A DNA stretch of 64,000 nt. Source: Lepidodermella squamata (lineage: Eukaryota; Animalia; Gastrotricha). Below, piece after piece: positions 39,201-51,815 of this stretch. Each line of letters opens with the position of its first letter. Positions within the stretch are counted from its first letter, which is position 1. The translations under genes were made by a program, and so were the position numbers. The stretch lies in assembly GCA_047495785.1 (NCBI GenBank), contig JBLDXI010000021.1, forward strand, positions 2,108,001 to 2,172,000, read 5' to 3'. Under the pieces are notes generated by a model. It had not been told where the DNA came from. It saw nothing but the letters and a program-made list of their open reading frames with translations, and ran no database searches.

Positions 39201-41575
39201 CGTTCCTCTGCGAATTCCAGCTTTGAGCAATCGAGGAGAAACCATCGGCTTCGTACAAATATTTGATCTCATCGAAGTATGTTCGGTTGAAACCAGCAGC
39301 GTGGGCTGCCTGCGATTGAGATAAACTATCGAAGCCGGTGGGTTTGTTGACATCGTTGATGTCATCGATAGCGATTGTCATGACGATCAGGCCGTCTTTT
39401 TCAGCGGCTAGCAAGTGCAGGAATTGGTCACCCTCCAACATCTTGATAGGCTTGCCTTTCAAATACTTCATCATGAAACAAGGGTGATTTTCGTCGATTT
39501 CCCGGAAGCCTTTTTTCGTCGGCCGAACAAACAGTTTCGCACGCTCGTGAAAGGCAGATCGAACCACTTTTCGCACAGTAGGATCAGCTGCAATTTGAGA
39601 CGCAACGAGATAGCGAGTGCCCTTCAACACGTCTTCCTCTTTGGCAAAACGAGGACAGATGTATTCGCGAGCAAGCTCAACCGGGTCAATGTCGCATTCT
39701 TCAACTTGGTTCTGCGTGTATTTTTCAGCCAGGTTGGTACCGAGTTGCGCTGCGGTTAAACCGAAGCGCTGAGCAAGCGCGGCTAATCCAGCGCGAACAC
39801 ACATCAAATAGGGAGTGTGGCGGACAGGGTAGCGGAATGAAGGTTCGGAAGGGTTGCCATTGGTAGCGGTTCCGTTTTCGCCGTTTGCTGTTTCCATGGC
39901 TGCCTTCTCCTTATCGGCGCGACGAGCAGCGGCGACGTGATGGCCGTAATACAGACAAAAATGATCGTAAACATCTTCGAATTCTTCCACACTAACAACC
40001 TAGAAATGGGAGATTGCCACAATTAAATTATAAAGCCACCTTAATGTATGTAAAACACACCATTTGCACGCGTTGAATGTCTTCTTCGGTTAGAGGCCGA
40101 ACGTCAGGTGTCAGTTCAACGTTAGCACCAGAATACAAATCGTACTGGTAAGATTGAATTCTCTGCATAAGTTTGACGAGCTGGTCTTTGCGCTGACGCA
40201 AGGCCGTCCATTTCTCATCGTAATGATAAATTCGCCACAAATCGCTAATAGTCAACTCAGGTTCAACGTATTCTTTGCGGTAGAAGGCGATGAAAGGTAC
40301 TTCGAAGTGCTGCTTCCTGATATAATGCAGCGCCTTTTGAATTTTCGGCACGCAACTGTCGCGTTCTTTGGTCCGAACGACTGGTCGCGAATCCGACTCG
40401 CCATGCTGACGTCCATCTGCCCCGTGCTGACCATCGGGGCTTTGCATCGAAATCGGCACGGCGGCGAAGGCGTTGGCGAATATCCATTCGGCCTCCTCGG
40501 CTAATTCCATTTCGTTGTCAGTGTGGAGCACGGGGATGCGGCGAAGTTGAAACCTTTCAGGCAAATCAGCTATTTTGATTTCTTCATCGAATCGAGTGAG
40601 GAAAGCGCGATCCAACTCGGCGGGTTCGAATAGATCCAGAACTTTCATTTTCAGCGGTTTCGGACCACCTTCGCCGTCCTCGCCTTCCTCGCCTTCGACT
40701 TCGCCATCGGAAGCTTCTTCTTGGAAATCGTTGAAGTCGAAATCGACACCAAAGACTTCTTGGGCTTCTCGAAGTTGCGGGTCCATATGGCCGCCGTGGC
40801 GCCGCGCTGCTTTGCGTTGAGCAACGTTTTCTCGCTGAGCTTGACCAGCTTCGCCCTCCTCGTCCGAGACAATGAAACTGTCCTCACCTTCCGAGCTCTC
40901 CTCGCCCTCTTCCGCCTCCTCCGCCTCTTCAGCAGCAGGTTGGAGATGGGCGAGTCGAGGAATAGGGCGGTGTTCGACCTGCCCGGGCTTCTGCGGTTTT
41001 TGTGGCTTTGGGGCAGCGGGCGGCAGGTCTTCAAGGGCGGGTTCGTCATTGTCGTCCATATCATCGCCCTCGAACAGCTCTTGCGCGATTTGCTCACGGT
41101 CTTTATCGTAATGACCTTTACTGCCTTTAGATTTGCCTTTGGAAGTTGAAACTTCGTCGCCCTCCTCGTCAGATTCAATTACAACGCGTTTTTTCTTGGT
41201 TTTCTTCACCTCAATGCCGAGATTCTCGCGAATGATCGCTAAATCTTCTTCGTCGGTTTCAGCGTCGTCCTCAGCGCTACCCTCGCCCTCCGAATCACTC
41301 GCGCTACTTTCGGCTTCGTCCTCAACCGGAGCGTCGTCGACGAAATCAGCCATTTCTTTTCTGAGAGCAGCGTCGTCATCCTCCTCCGCGTCATCCTCAC
41401 TCGAATCTTCTGACGAGCTAAGCTGAGTTTTTCTCTTCTTTGCCGGCTCGCCGCCGTGACTGGTTTCTTTTCGTTTAGCTCCAGGACCGACCGCCCCGCC
41501 GTCTTCAGCCTCCTCTAACACGTCCGAATCAACGTCAGAGTCTTCTTCGGCTTCGTTGTGAATGAAATCCGACAT
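36209..41575 (-). CDS. SUPT6H: Transcription elongation factor SPT6
   Basis: MSDFIHNEAEE, EAQEVFG, DLPERFQLR, EVPFIAFYRKEY, GLGPRKA, ATRVHPEAYEWARKMA, S1 domain, and tandem SH2 (RVIAHPSF, EDLDEILAR). Three coding introns. Confidence 0.97.
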
Positions 41576-41616
41576 TCTCAAGCGGTGCCAATAATCATTT
41601 AAACTTAGTAACACCT

Positions 41617-41740
41617 ACTGGAAATAGAAAATCAGAAGAGTTGTAAATATAACCTGGAGTCGGATAAAAACAAGTCGTTCCATCCTGCGACCCTAGACCC
41701 CTATTTTACACGCTCGTGCACCAGGCACGGAATTCATTTT
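41617..41740 (-). promoter_or_regulatory. Leader cassette copy 1: upstream motif, hairpin non-coding exon and intron before SPT6
   Basis: Homologous to 44580-44732 and 51816-51980. Hairpin 41654-41696 ends CAG|GTTATA; acceptor near 41617. Confidence 0.65.
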
Positions 41741-41789
41741 AACTATACATATACTATAAGAAATGAAATATTCACGGGTACATTTTTCC

Positions 41790-43087
41790 CAATTCGGTCA
41801 ACCTCTTTACTCAGCACTGTTGGTTACTTTATGCCGATCATGCCCCGCATACCTCAACTAATTCACGCACAGAAAGAAATTTCGGGCGCATACTCACATA
41901 CTCACACCTTGCAGAATTGTATCATTCACCAGCATAACACGCGTTTGTTTATCACAATAAACTACTTGGTCGCAATGTCAGATAACTCAGCTAAATATCT
42001 AGCTAGCCGTTTTAACTCAAGGACATCGGACAAAGCAAATACTTCGAATTGGAACGTCGACCTTGCCACGCATGGTTGATTGCGTATCCGGTCGCGTTCG
42101 GATCGCAAAATAGAGCAGCGAACCAATAAGCAGCATGTAGTACGAATCGACTCCAAAGGCGGGTTACCGTCGTCAGCGGCCGATCGTACAGGCTGGCGCT
42201 GAGAAGATCGTCGACACACACTACGATGACGATGGCGCAGGAACACACGGGGGTCTGCCTCGGTCGCCTTCAAGCCAATCTCTACTAGTTAATTAGCCAA
42301 AGTTTCGTTTTGAGCAGCCCGATGAACATTAAAACTTGCCACGCGAGAGCCGGCACGAGTAAGACATCCTTGATGAGCGTTCGATAGGATTCCACCGGCA
42401 GATTAAACGTGATCTGCGCAACGCCATTTTTAGTCACCTTGTATAGTTGAGACGTGTTCACCATCACGCGCGACACACCCGAGTTGCACAGTCAAGCACC
42501 ATATCATATCGCGGCTACCACAGAAATCGCCATTACCACCAGACGCCCCACCCGCAAACATCGCAACTGATGAGGGATTTGTCTCCCTTGGCACAGACGC
42601 GGGCGGCTGATTCGTTCGCGATCTTTGCGGTAAGATCTTCAGCTCCTCGCTGTGGAGGGCAGCGATAACATCCAATGTCGCCATACAGCTTGCGCAGCCG
42701 TGTGCAAGGGGCCCAGATCGTTTGGCGACGCGTGAACATGTAAGCAACTTGCTCGCTCTCAGCTATCGGCTCGCCGATCGCGTCCAGCTGGTTGACCACG
42801 TCAGTAAATTAACGAGAAAACTTGCCAATATCAGCTATATCATCTTCATCGGCATTAAAGCAGTTCTGATTAGCATTCGATATGCATGTTTATGGGGTGG
42901 GACCGCGAAACGGGCGCGCAATACATCCCATGTTGCCGCCGAGTCGTCTCGGACACCAGGAACATTTTCGAGCCGCCCATTGATATGGCCGTTTTGATAG
43001 TCCCAAACATCGTCGAGAAACGGGTATTTCGGAGGATTCGACCTCACGAAGAAGTCGCTCGACCGAAGCCGCTCGTAGACCGGTTCT
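41790..43087 (-). mobile_element. Internally deleted Ty1/copia remnant
   Basis: In order: gag (ATWDVLRARF...VNQLDAIGEPIAESEQVAYM), protease region (VLDCAT, IKDVLLVPAL), RT (EADPRVF, VVCVDDLL), RNase H (NQPCVARST...ALS, VYCD.Q, VRELV). No LTR recognised. Confidence 0.8.
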
Positions 43088-44228
43088 TGCTTGATCTTTC
43101 ACTGGAGTGACTGCTCCAGCGATACGCCAATCAAGTGTGTCTGGGATGTCCTTGAGTCCGCGGAGATTGTGCTTCGCGGCGTTGAAGGGCTGAGCGTTGG
43201 GTGACTGTTGCGTGCGGCGGAAGCCTAGCATCACCTTGCGTTCGTCGGACGTTTTGTCAGCCAGGTGGTTGATGGCAACCTTGTAGGTCTTGCCAGCGCG
43301 GTTGGTGGAGTGGATGAAGCGGTTGTTGTGCGTGAAAATTGACTTGTGCTTGCTCGCTTCTTTCTCGTCAGAGTATTCACGGTTGTGTTGCTTCTTGAAG
43401 GACTCGAACATCTCTTCGTGGTGCTTGTTCTTGCCGTTGATGTACTCAGCCATCGGGTTCATTTGCGCCAACTGGTCGGAGGAGACGCCAGGGCCAGGGA
43501 AACCACTGCAGGTAATGTTAGGCGGGACAACGAAGACCGAAGCATCGGGCTGGGTAGCCGAGAAATACTTGAACCAAACAACTGAAAAATTCATAAATAA
43601 ATGAAAATCAACTGCTTAAACGGAAATTTACCATATTTGTCGTAGTGGCTGCCGAACAGACTGACATAACCCATGAGCTCGAAGTAAAACGGCGTGGCGG
43701 TAACCGGATCGACGACAAAGGTGTACTACAAACGATAAAGACAACTATTAAGATACACATTACGAATATTATGAAATAAACTCACAGTATTCTTCTTCGA
43801 ACCGTCAACCTCAACATGGCGCCATTGATCAGCTGAATGGCCTTCGAAATCAACAGTGCCCATGTAGTCGAATTGGCTTAGATCAGGAAGACCGGGTTGC
43901 AGAGAGACCGGGATGTCAACACTGCCGTTAACCTGGAAGCAGGTCAGCTGGTTGAGAACAGTCTCGGTCGTCATGTATGCCAGCTTTACCATGGTTGGTG
44001 GGTTGGTAGCGGCGAATTGCATGGTCTTGACCATTCCATCGTAGTAGTCAACGCGAGAACGCATGTTTTTCGGGTCGTAGAACAAGGTGAACTGTTCGTG
44101 GATTTCGGCATACGGCAAGTCGATGAAACCTGAAACAATGTAGGCGTCGTAATTGGGCGGAGCCTTCAGCCCTGTCGGCTTGAGCCGACGACTAACAGGG
44201 ACGCCAAAATGGCGGCAAATTTCATCAT
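43088..44228 (-). pseudogene. 26/29-kDa proteinase / CfaD-like cathepsin L-family pseudogene (5' half)
   Basis: LPYAEI, RSRVDYYDG, I29 prodomain (F..FKK.H.R.Y...NHLAD), LDWRIAGAVTPVKDQA, then a break before the catalytic Cys. Frameshift just after the signal peptide. Confidence 0.85.
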
Positions 44229-44579
44229 TTTCCCAAAAGACCTAATTTTTGAAAATAATTATAAAATAATCAATTTCCGTCAAATATGCAGTGATCTAAG
44301 AAAAAACCTTACTAATTAAATGCTAATGAAATTATGTTAAACAAACCTGTCTGCCGGAGAGCGCGCATTCACCGGAGTGAGTCGTGCAGCAAGAACTCTT
44401 GGTCTCCTTCGGCCAACAGGAGTCAAATGCGACTGACCTCTGCCAAGGGGCGTAGTTCAATAATTCAGGCGCTCAAATAAGGTCCAGCAGCTGCGTGCTC
44501 ACATGTTCTTAAAATGTAAGAACTTGAGATTTCCAGCTTAAAGTTGCAGTCGCGCTGGTAGCGTGTTATTAATAAAATC

Positions 44580-44732
44580 TAGAGTCGAAATAGAAACAGC
44601 AAAAGATTCATTATGAAAAGCAATATATGAAACACTTACCTAGGATCGGGATAGAAACGCCAAAAGAGCCCGTTCCTACCCGCGACCCTAGACCAGTTTT
44701 ACACGCTCGTGCACCAGGCACGCGATTCATTC
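44580..44732 (-). promoter_or_regulatory. Leader cassette copy 2 (hairpin exon 44640-44691, donor GTAAGT)
   Basis: Homology to copies 1 and 3; 20-bp stem. Confidence 0.65.
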
Positions 44733-44959
44733 CAATTTCAGATAAATGCCAGGCTCACAAATCGTTGCTTCAAGTATGCTGCCAACACAAAAAATCATCA
44801 AATAAGGCAAAATCTATGGCTTTTCGGCCATAGTTCAGCGAACTGAAGTGTCAATGGCAAATTGATTAATTTTTCGCACGAGGTTCCTGCCGCACTTTGC
44901 CTTCGCTGTTTAGGCGCACATTTGTTCCCAAGAAACGAAAAAGATCACCCGATTGCCTT

Positions 44960-45400
44960 TTACGCGCCCTTTTCTATTTTTCATGGAGCATCCAACTTTG
45001 CGGCGTGTGAGATTGCGGTTATCAGATTAGTCCGCAATTTGAAGCCGAGAATGTGATGGCAAGTGACGCTTCAGTCCGCCGTAGCAACTGCAAGGTACGT
45101 CAACTTTCCCGTTCGCATCGACAGCCGCCTTCAAAATTCAGAAAAATAAGATCGCGGATGGCCAAGCGGTGACGATCTTGCTTTTCGACCCGGCCTTACT
45201 GTGAGTAGTCATGTTGGAACTGGTCTGATTAAACCAAGACGTGATTCAAGCTTTTTTCGCGGGCAACCACCATGCCGAATTTGCTTGACACCTCGTCACT
45301 AGAGCCTTCAGATTCATCGTTCGAATTTCTCGAAGGAACGCTAGTCTCACGCCTTACCCCTTCCAGCCACTTCATATCCCCTATGCGAAAGCCGAGATGC
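44960..45400 (-). mobile_element. Decayed MULE/Mutator-like transposase C-terminus (SWIM finger), copy 1
   Basis: KWLEG...SVPSRN, and a frameshifted CSC.GGLK...CHHILG (intact in copy 2). Confidence 0.55.
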
Positions 45401-45404
45401 TCAT

Positions 45405-45520
45405 GAACAACGTTATCAAGAAACAACGTTATCAAGAAACAACAAGGAACAACAAGAAACAAGAAACAAGAATCAAGAAACAAGAAAACAAGAAACACAA
45501 GAAACACTCAACAACAACGA
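45405..45520. repeat. Degenerate (CAAGAAA)n tandem repeat
   Basis: About 10 imperfect units; absent from the paralogous site near 55.35 kb. Confidence 0.85.
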
Positions 45521-47177
45521 ACGCCAGTTAATCTAGGATAAAATTAGGTTCAGGGAGACATTTTTCAGCTTTGGAGCCCTAGAATGATGTATGTTTCAAA
45601 ATTGGAGTTGGAATAGAGTGGTGAATGGAGTGACAATTTCATTTGAAGTATTTGTTACCGTATTTGTTCCTAAGTTATCCAGTAGGATGGTTCCATAAGT
45701 ACCAAGAGTTAATAGTAGCCCATGTCAAGACGTCAGCGTCAAGCAAATCGCCCATAATCGGCCATTGTGATGATGTACGTACTTTTAAAGGGGCGCGCGC
45801 CTCTTTGGGGTCGCGAGGTGGTAGGCTTCTCATATACATGGTTACAAGTTCGCAAGATTTGACTTAAGAACGCGCCGAATCCGAACCATCCTAAGTTCGC
45901 TCATTAAGCATAAGAGTTAATAAGCGTAATAATTACGTAGGGTTATAAGAATAAGCAAGTAGGGTGATTATATTTTATTCAATTTAATCAATTTAGGCAC
46001 CTAATTTGCCTCTTTGTCTTTTTAGATTGTTATTATTCGTTGAAAATGCCAGAAGTTGACCATGAAGCCGACCTTCCTGTGACATTACACTCAATGTTCC
46101 CGGTATAAACCAAACTCTTTCGGAGAAGTCACAACTTGACCAAGGCTATGTTAGTCTAAGGTCTGCGGCTGTGCTAGATGCTCAGCGATCAGCCTTCAGA
46201 AAGAACAGTCAATCTCGTGTCAATGGCTACAAACATCGAAACTACTTCGAATTAGAATAGTAGCGTCATCCAGATTGAGATGCCCGATTTCAGCCAAACT
46301 CAAAACTTGCGAGGCTCCTGTGCGAGCGGTAATAGATCGAGTTTACCTACGGAAGCGCTCAAATGGCTTGCGGTCAAAAACTAAGCAAACCACAGTCTCA
46401 TAATTGTGAGAATTTGTTATCTCTCATTAGCCTCGGATTTCGTTCCAACTGAATCTATCGAGTTGATCGAGGAGAAAAACGGCAAGCTTCCCATCCCGAT
46501 TCGACGATATATTATCACGTTCTACCAATTATCGATATTGCAAGGTTGAAGAACGCAACCTTAAATTGGATCCCCGCGAAGTGGCATTGGCTCTAAAGTG
46601 GGAAAATATAGGAGTCCTCATTGGAGGTTGGCTCGTCGAGCTGAAATCGACTAATACTCAAGAGATGATTTGGCGACTCTACTTGAATTTTGGCTAAACT
46701 AATCTGGGTAAAACGGCGCACACAATGTCCGATTTGATGCTAATGCACGTGGCCTCGCTTGAAGACTGGGTTTGCTCCGGTGCATAACATACGCTGTTTC
46801 CTTCAGCACATGACTCGACAAAATGTTGGCGGTAAGTCTGACCTCAGAGGAAGTTAATGGCTCGAACCGAGATTTATGACAGCGGCCGAAGCAAGCGACG
46901 CCGAGTCTGTCTTAAAAATTTCGTTGAGTTCGATGACCAAGTCTCTGCAGACTCTTCCTTAACGTTCTCTCAGAGTCGTTCGTTTCGTTTCACCGCCGCT
47001 GAAAACGATGACGTGAGGCTATTAATTTCTCTGTAAAGAAATGGAAGCCCGTCGACAACCTGAACCTTCTGCGAAAGTTCATGGCAAGTCAGTCTTAATA
47101 TATTGGCCAAAAAATTTCCGCGGCGCAAAGATACATCTACCATTCGTAGAGCTAAGACTTGCTTAAAAAACACCTAA

Positions 47178-47903
47178 GTTGCCGCTTACAAAAAGGAGTA
47201 GGACGGCCAGAGGAAAACTGGCGAAGGTACAGAGGACTCGGGAGAAGCTTTTGAGGCTGACACTGTTAACGGCATCATCGACAGCGTTCTGGGCTGTCGC
47301 CCTGTCATGCGCCTGCCGCGTGTTGCAGAATCGTCTATCGTCAACTCGGACATCGAGGAGGCTGACGATGCCGCAACTAAAATGCGGAAAATTGAGAAAA
47401 GTAACCTCACCGGCAACGATTTGCTGTCGCAGTTGGCATCTATGCAACAACAGCAGCTGGATCTGCAAAAGGAGCAGATGGCCCAAGAACTGCGCTTGGA
47501 AGAGCGCCGAATCGAATTTAGGTATATTCTTAGGCTGATAAGCGGCAGAACGGCACGCTGCTAGAAATGGCCAAGCTATTTGCTAGCAGTAATTGAAACT
47601 TAGCGATTTCGGAAAATCTGAGTTCGGCTTAGACGATTATCACGCTCGGTAAAGAATTGATTATCGAAGAGAATAGCATTGAATAAAGTGATTGAACGTG
47701 TGAATAAAGAGTTCTTACTATTTTTGCCCAAGTTCTTACGATTGAAAAATCAAGAAATTGACCTCGTAAATAGGCTCCCAGCGAAATAATCTTCACTTCA
47801 CGTGTTCACACTACACAATTTTAAATTCTATTTAACGCACTTCAACGAGCACGCGACCAGTTGATGCATTTTTTGCTTCACTTCAACGTAGTGTGAAACA
47901 GCC
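47178..47903 (+). mobile_element. Harbinger-like insertion (partial)
   Basis: Absent from the paralogous site at ~58095-58105. Flanked by TAA. Right end GTGTGAAACAGCC resembles a Harbinger TIR. Contains a Q/E-rich coiled-coil ORF fragment. Confidence 0.5.
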
Positions 47904-49555
47904 TAATGTGTGAACGTTGGTGAAAGATGGTGGAAAATTTGAAAATATAAGAATAAAATATTGAATTTCGTAAAATCCGATCTTTGGAATAGCATGAGCT
48001 ATCGATGAAAAGTAGCAGAGAGTACTTGTAAAGTGTTAAACTAATGCTCAACATGTTATGCTCTAAGACTGCAAAAAGGCTTCTTGAAGTGAAAAATGTA
48101 TGCTAAAATATTTTTCAATACCAGCTGAAATACCGCTCAGAATGTGCAAAACTGCTCAACGACTGCTCAAAGGTTGCTTAACGGAAAGCTTAACAGTGTA
48201 CAATGAAATTGAGCGCATAATATATCCATGCATAATCAAATCAACGGGGATATAATGGCACAATAATTAATAAAAAATTAGTTTCAGCAGCTTTTCAGAA
48301 CGAGTGTAGGACAAGATAATAGAAGATCTTGTATCAATCATCAATCATAAAATCAATCATCAATTAAAATCAAACCGCAAAGGAAACCTACTGAAAACGG
48401 GATCGAAACATTAGCAACTCCAAATTCCACTAAAATAGCAAAAGCCATCCCCACATCATCGTAGCCGGCCAAACGACCCGCAACCCGCAGTGTGCGATGT
48501 GGTTGAAAAGCTTAAAGTGGTTGAAGGAAAACGAAGGGATGGCTTGATTCTTACCAGCCAACAGACAATCAGTTGAAATCGCTTCACGCAACCTCAAGAC
48601 AGAAGTACCTACATCGACCGAACTACAATATCCGTTTACAACCCATTACAACACTTCGTCGATACTTATACGCGAAAAGCGCTGAGTCATGTGACGATGC
48701 GTACATCTACGTTTCGGAATTCGACTTGGCAACGAACATATTTTGCGCTGTTCCAAGTACGGTCAAACGGCTAGCGAAAGTAGGAGAAAAGTTGAGAAGA
48801 TAGTAGGCGCCGTTGATGCAACCTGCACAACTGACAACTGCGGCTACGCGCTTATCAAGCGAGACATATGTTGAATTCACGTTTACAACGACAGAATTTA
48901 ACAGTCTGCGAACGCTGTTCACTGACATGTGGTCGCGGGTGGAGGCAGCAAAGGCGTGTTTTGGTGCAATCCAGCAACAATAGCTCGACAGCAGCGACAC
49001 CTGGTACGAATGGTTCGCTCTAGGATGCCCATCCACAAATAAAAATTAATTGACCAATGGGCGCGTTAAGAGGATGACACGCTGCGCGAGCTTCTACCGG
49101 TAAAACAACTAGCCGAAACATGGCGGGCGGTTGGTCAGCCTGTCAGCCTTTCATGACCAAATAGCAAATATTTTACGATCTCACCTACAATTCAACTGGT
49201 TCCGGACGATTTTGCTGGTGCTGAGCTCGCCTAATCTCCGTGAATACACGCACCTTCGCTCGTATGAAGGGTAAATCTTTAAAATGAAAACATAATAGTT
49301 CTATCAAGCTGTATCTAGATTTGCCGGGCTCGAGGATTAGTCAGTTTCAAGTAGCCACTGACACTTTTTAAAGCAGTACTACATTTACCACTATCTTAGG
49401 CTGATGATGAGAAGCAACAACCTTGCTTTGCCGCTTCACCTTCAATAGCCCCTTCAAACAAACGCCGAATGGAACTTTCAAACCGACGAAGAAAGACGGC
49501 GCCGAAAGGACTCACTGTTGCTTGAACTATAACTAATAATGCTAAGAAACTAACG

Positions 49556-50776
49556 CTCGCGCCGCCGTCGATGATTTTTATTGGGTTTGGGGCTGTCCTG
49601 TAGCCATCGCCTCGCTTGACGGCACGCATGTCGAAATACGGGCGCCGTTCGAGAATGCCGGCGGCCATTTCAGCCGAAAGAGCCGCTACACCACGGTTTC
49701 TCAGGTGTTAGTCGGTTCCGACCTTCGGTTTTTTCGGTCGAAAGCGTTAACGGGGACGCTACCCGGCCGATTGGCCATAAATGTGTGCATTTCCTTGAAG
49801 AATATAAACTTAGCGGCTCCCTCACCCGTCTTCTTGAGCCTTTTCGCCTCATCGTTATATTCACAAATCAAGCGCTTGACCTTATTCTTGCATTGATCAT
49901 CAGAGTGGAAAACCCAGATTGCTCAACAGAAAGTTCGTTGTAATCTCAACTGGGCCCTTAGCGGTAACGTAATTGTGTTGGTCGTCCATGAGCGAGATGA
50001 TGGTCGAAGTCTCAAAATCGGACACCCGACTAGCAGCCCCCCTTCTTCCTGCCCATCCTCGACCTGCCTTCCACACTTAACCGGCACCTTCCCAACATCA
50101 CTCTTGTTAACCGCATTAACCACAGCCTTCACCTTAGGCGTAGAGTCCAAGGGCCCCTCACCCGAACCTCCTTCCTCACCACCGGCAGTTACAGCAGAAA
50201 CGCACCGTTTGACAGCAGCAAGTTTAGCAGATATTTGACAGAATCAAAAGCACGAAATTAGATCGAATTGAGAAATAATTGGGATAGGCGAGGTACAATG
50301 AACGAATGAAAGAAGAAGAAAAAGAAAACCTCTTATCTGCACTCATGCGCTTTCTCGCGCGCACAGAAGGTAAACGACTGAGAAAATCACAACGCGTGAA
50401 AACTCACGTACGCGCTACCCAGGGCCCAGGGCCACAGCTGACAAAATGTCGTAATGTCGTAAAGTTAATCATTCGTCTAAATGTCATCTTATTCAGTTAA
50501 CGATCTGATCACCGCATATAACGAAGGCCCCTTTTGGAACTGGGAAAGAACTTTTCAAAGGTGAGCGGATAACTTTCCTAGGAGAGCGAGACGTAAAATT
50601 AGAACCGTTAAATAGGCGGGAGTTTAATTTACCAGGATGATAACAAGCCGGACATCATCGAGCAACATGCGAGGAAAAAATTGATAACAAACGGACATTT
50701 TTTATCATTATTCGCTCCGCATTTACACAGCCAACGAGAGCCAACGAGAAGGAAAACTGCTCGTGTAAACGCGCCT
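49556..50776. mobile_element. Deletion derivative of the 19.8-22.6 kb Harbinger family
   Basis: 49556-49735 matches ~19785-19960 and is joined directly to 49738-50042, which matches ~22150-22470. Same terminus TGCTCGTGTAAACGCGCCTATT. Confidence 0.85.
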
Positions 50777-50989
50777 ATTGAAGTAACTAAACGCACGCAT
50801 TGCGAAAGCAGGGAGTTGCTTTGCCGCAATAAGCAAATTTAAGTGCAACCGAAAACATATCACCTGGGCAGTGAAACAAAAAAATATTAAATGCTTAATA
50901 ATACCAGCAAGATATAAGCCTGTGAATCATGGAACATGACTGAAGACAAGGAAACGGCGCTGAATACATAAGAATATACCTAACTTGTA

Positions 50990-51230
50990 ATAAAATGGAT
51001 TATATCCCTAACATTAGGCAATCCATGCGTGGCGGCATTATCGAAGTCGGTAGATTAATTGAAAAGCAACGTCTTAATTACCCAGGTAATACATTAAGGA
51101 TACAGACCTCTGTCGCCGAGAAAGGTGAACTGATACCATCAGGGCAGTACACGTAGATGCGGTTGAAATGGCATAATGAGGAAAAAACCGTCGGGGCCCG
51201 TGGCAGACCTCATAAAGATGGAAGTAACAT
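50990..51230 (+). mobile_element. RTE-like LINE 3' fragment (copy 1)
   Basis: RLNYPG..IR...RGRP motif pattern; paralog at 63760-64000. Confidence 0.5.
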
Positions 51231-51498
51231 AACCGAAATTTCCAAAACTGTTGATAGGACATTTAACGAAACAACTTAAGATCGAAAGATCGAGACGAAT
51301 GGCGTAAAATAGTAGTCTTTGGAAGTTCAAATTCTATAGCAAAAGCGAGATTTTCTCGGCTATGGAGGCGGGTGAAATTTTTTTGGTTTGTCTTGCATTC
51401 ACCTTCCTCAAATCCCGAAAGGGTAAATATGCAGGGAGGAGAGATAAAACTTTCAATTTCAAATTCAAATTCAATAACAAATAAACGCTTGAACATAC

Positions 51499-51693
51499 CT
51501 TCAGAAGTTCATAGATCACCGTTGGAGTAAGATCGGGGAACGGAGCTATCCGCAGAATTCTGACTAAAAGCGCCCAAACTTGAGCCACGGTCACAGGTCT
51601 GGACCCATTTGGTGGCAACGGAACTTGCGCGACGAAAATTGTTGCAAACAATGTAACAATACCACTCATGCGCTCAATTGTGCGCTCATTCAT
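51499..51693 (-). pseudogene. GLE1: GLE1 (mRNA export factor) exon fragment
   Basis: ERMSGIVTLFATIF...VWALLVRILRIAP...TPTVIYELLK fits the Gle1 C-terminal domain pattern RMSG...W.WL..ILN..P...T..L..FL.V. Ends in a GTATGT donor. Confidence 0.7.
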
Positions 51694-51815
51694 GCGCTTA
51701 TTTTTTCCAGGCGCTCAAATAAGGTCCAGCAGCCGCGAGCTCACATGTTCCTTAATTTTAAGAACTTCCCAGCTTGAAGTTGCAGTCGCGCTGTTAGCGT
51801 GTTGTAAGTAAAATC

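Noticed and set aside
44640-44691. Helitron 3' end (hairpin plus CTAG)
   Set aside because: CTAG is part of the stem rather than ~10 nt downstream, it is not followed by T, and no Rep/helicase remnant was seen.
49398-49520. CTGATGA...GAAA hammerhead-like cores (also ~15660, 16838, 30911, 62845)
   Set aside because: Stems I-III could not be formed; the 49.4 kb and 62.8 kb instances read better as a decayed terminal exon.
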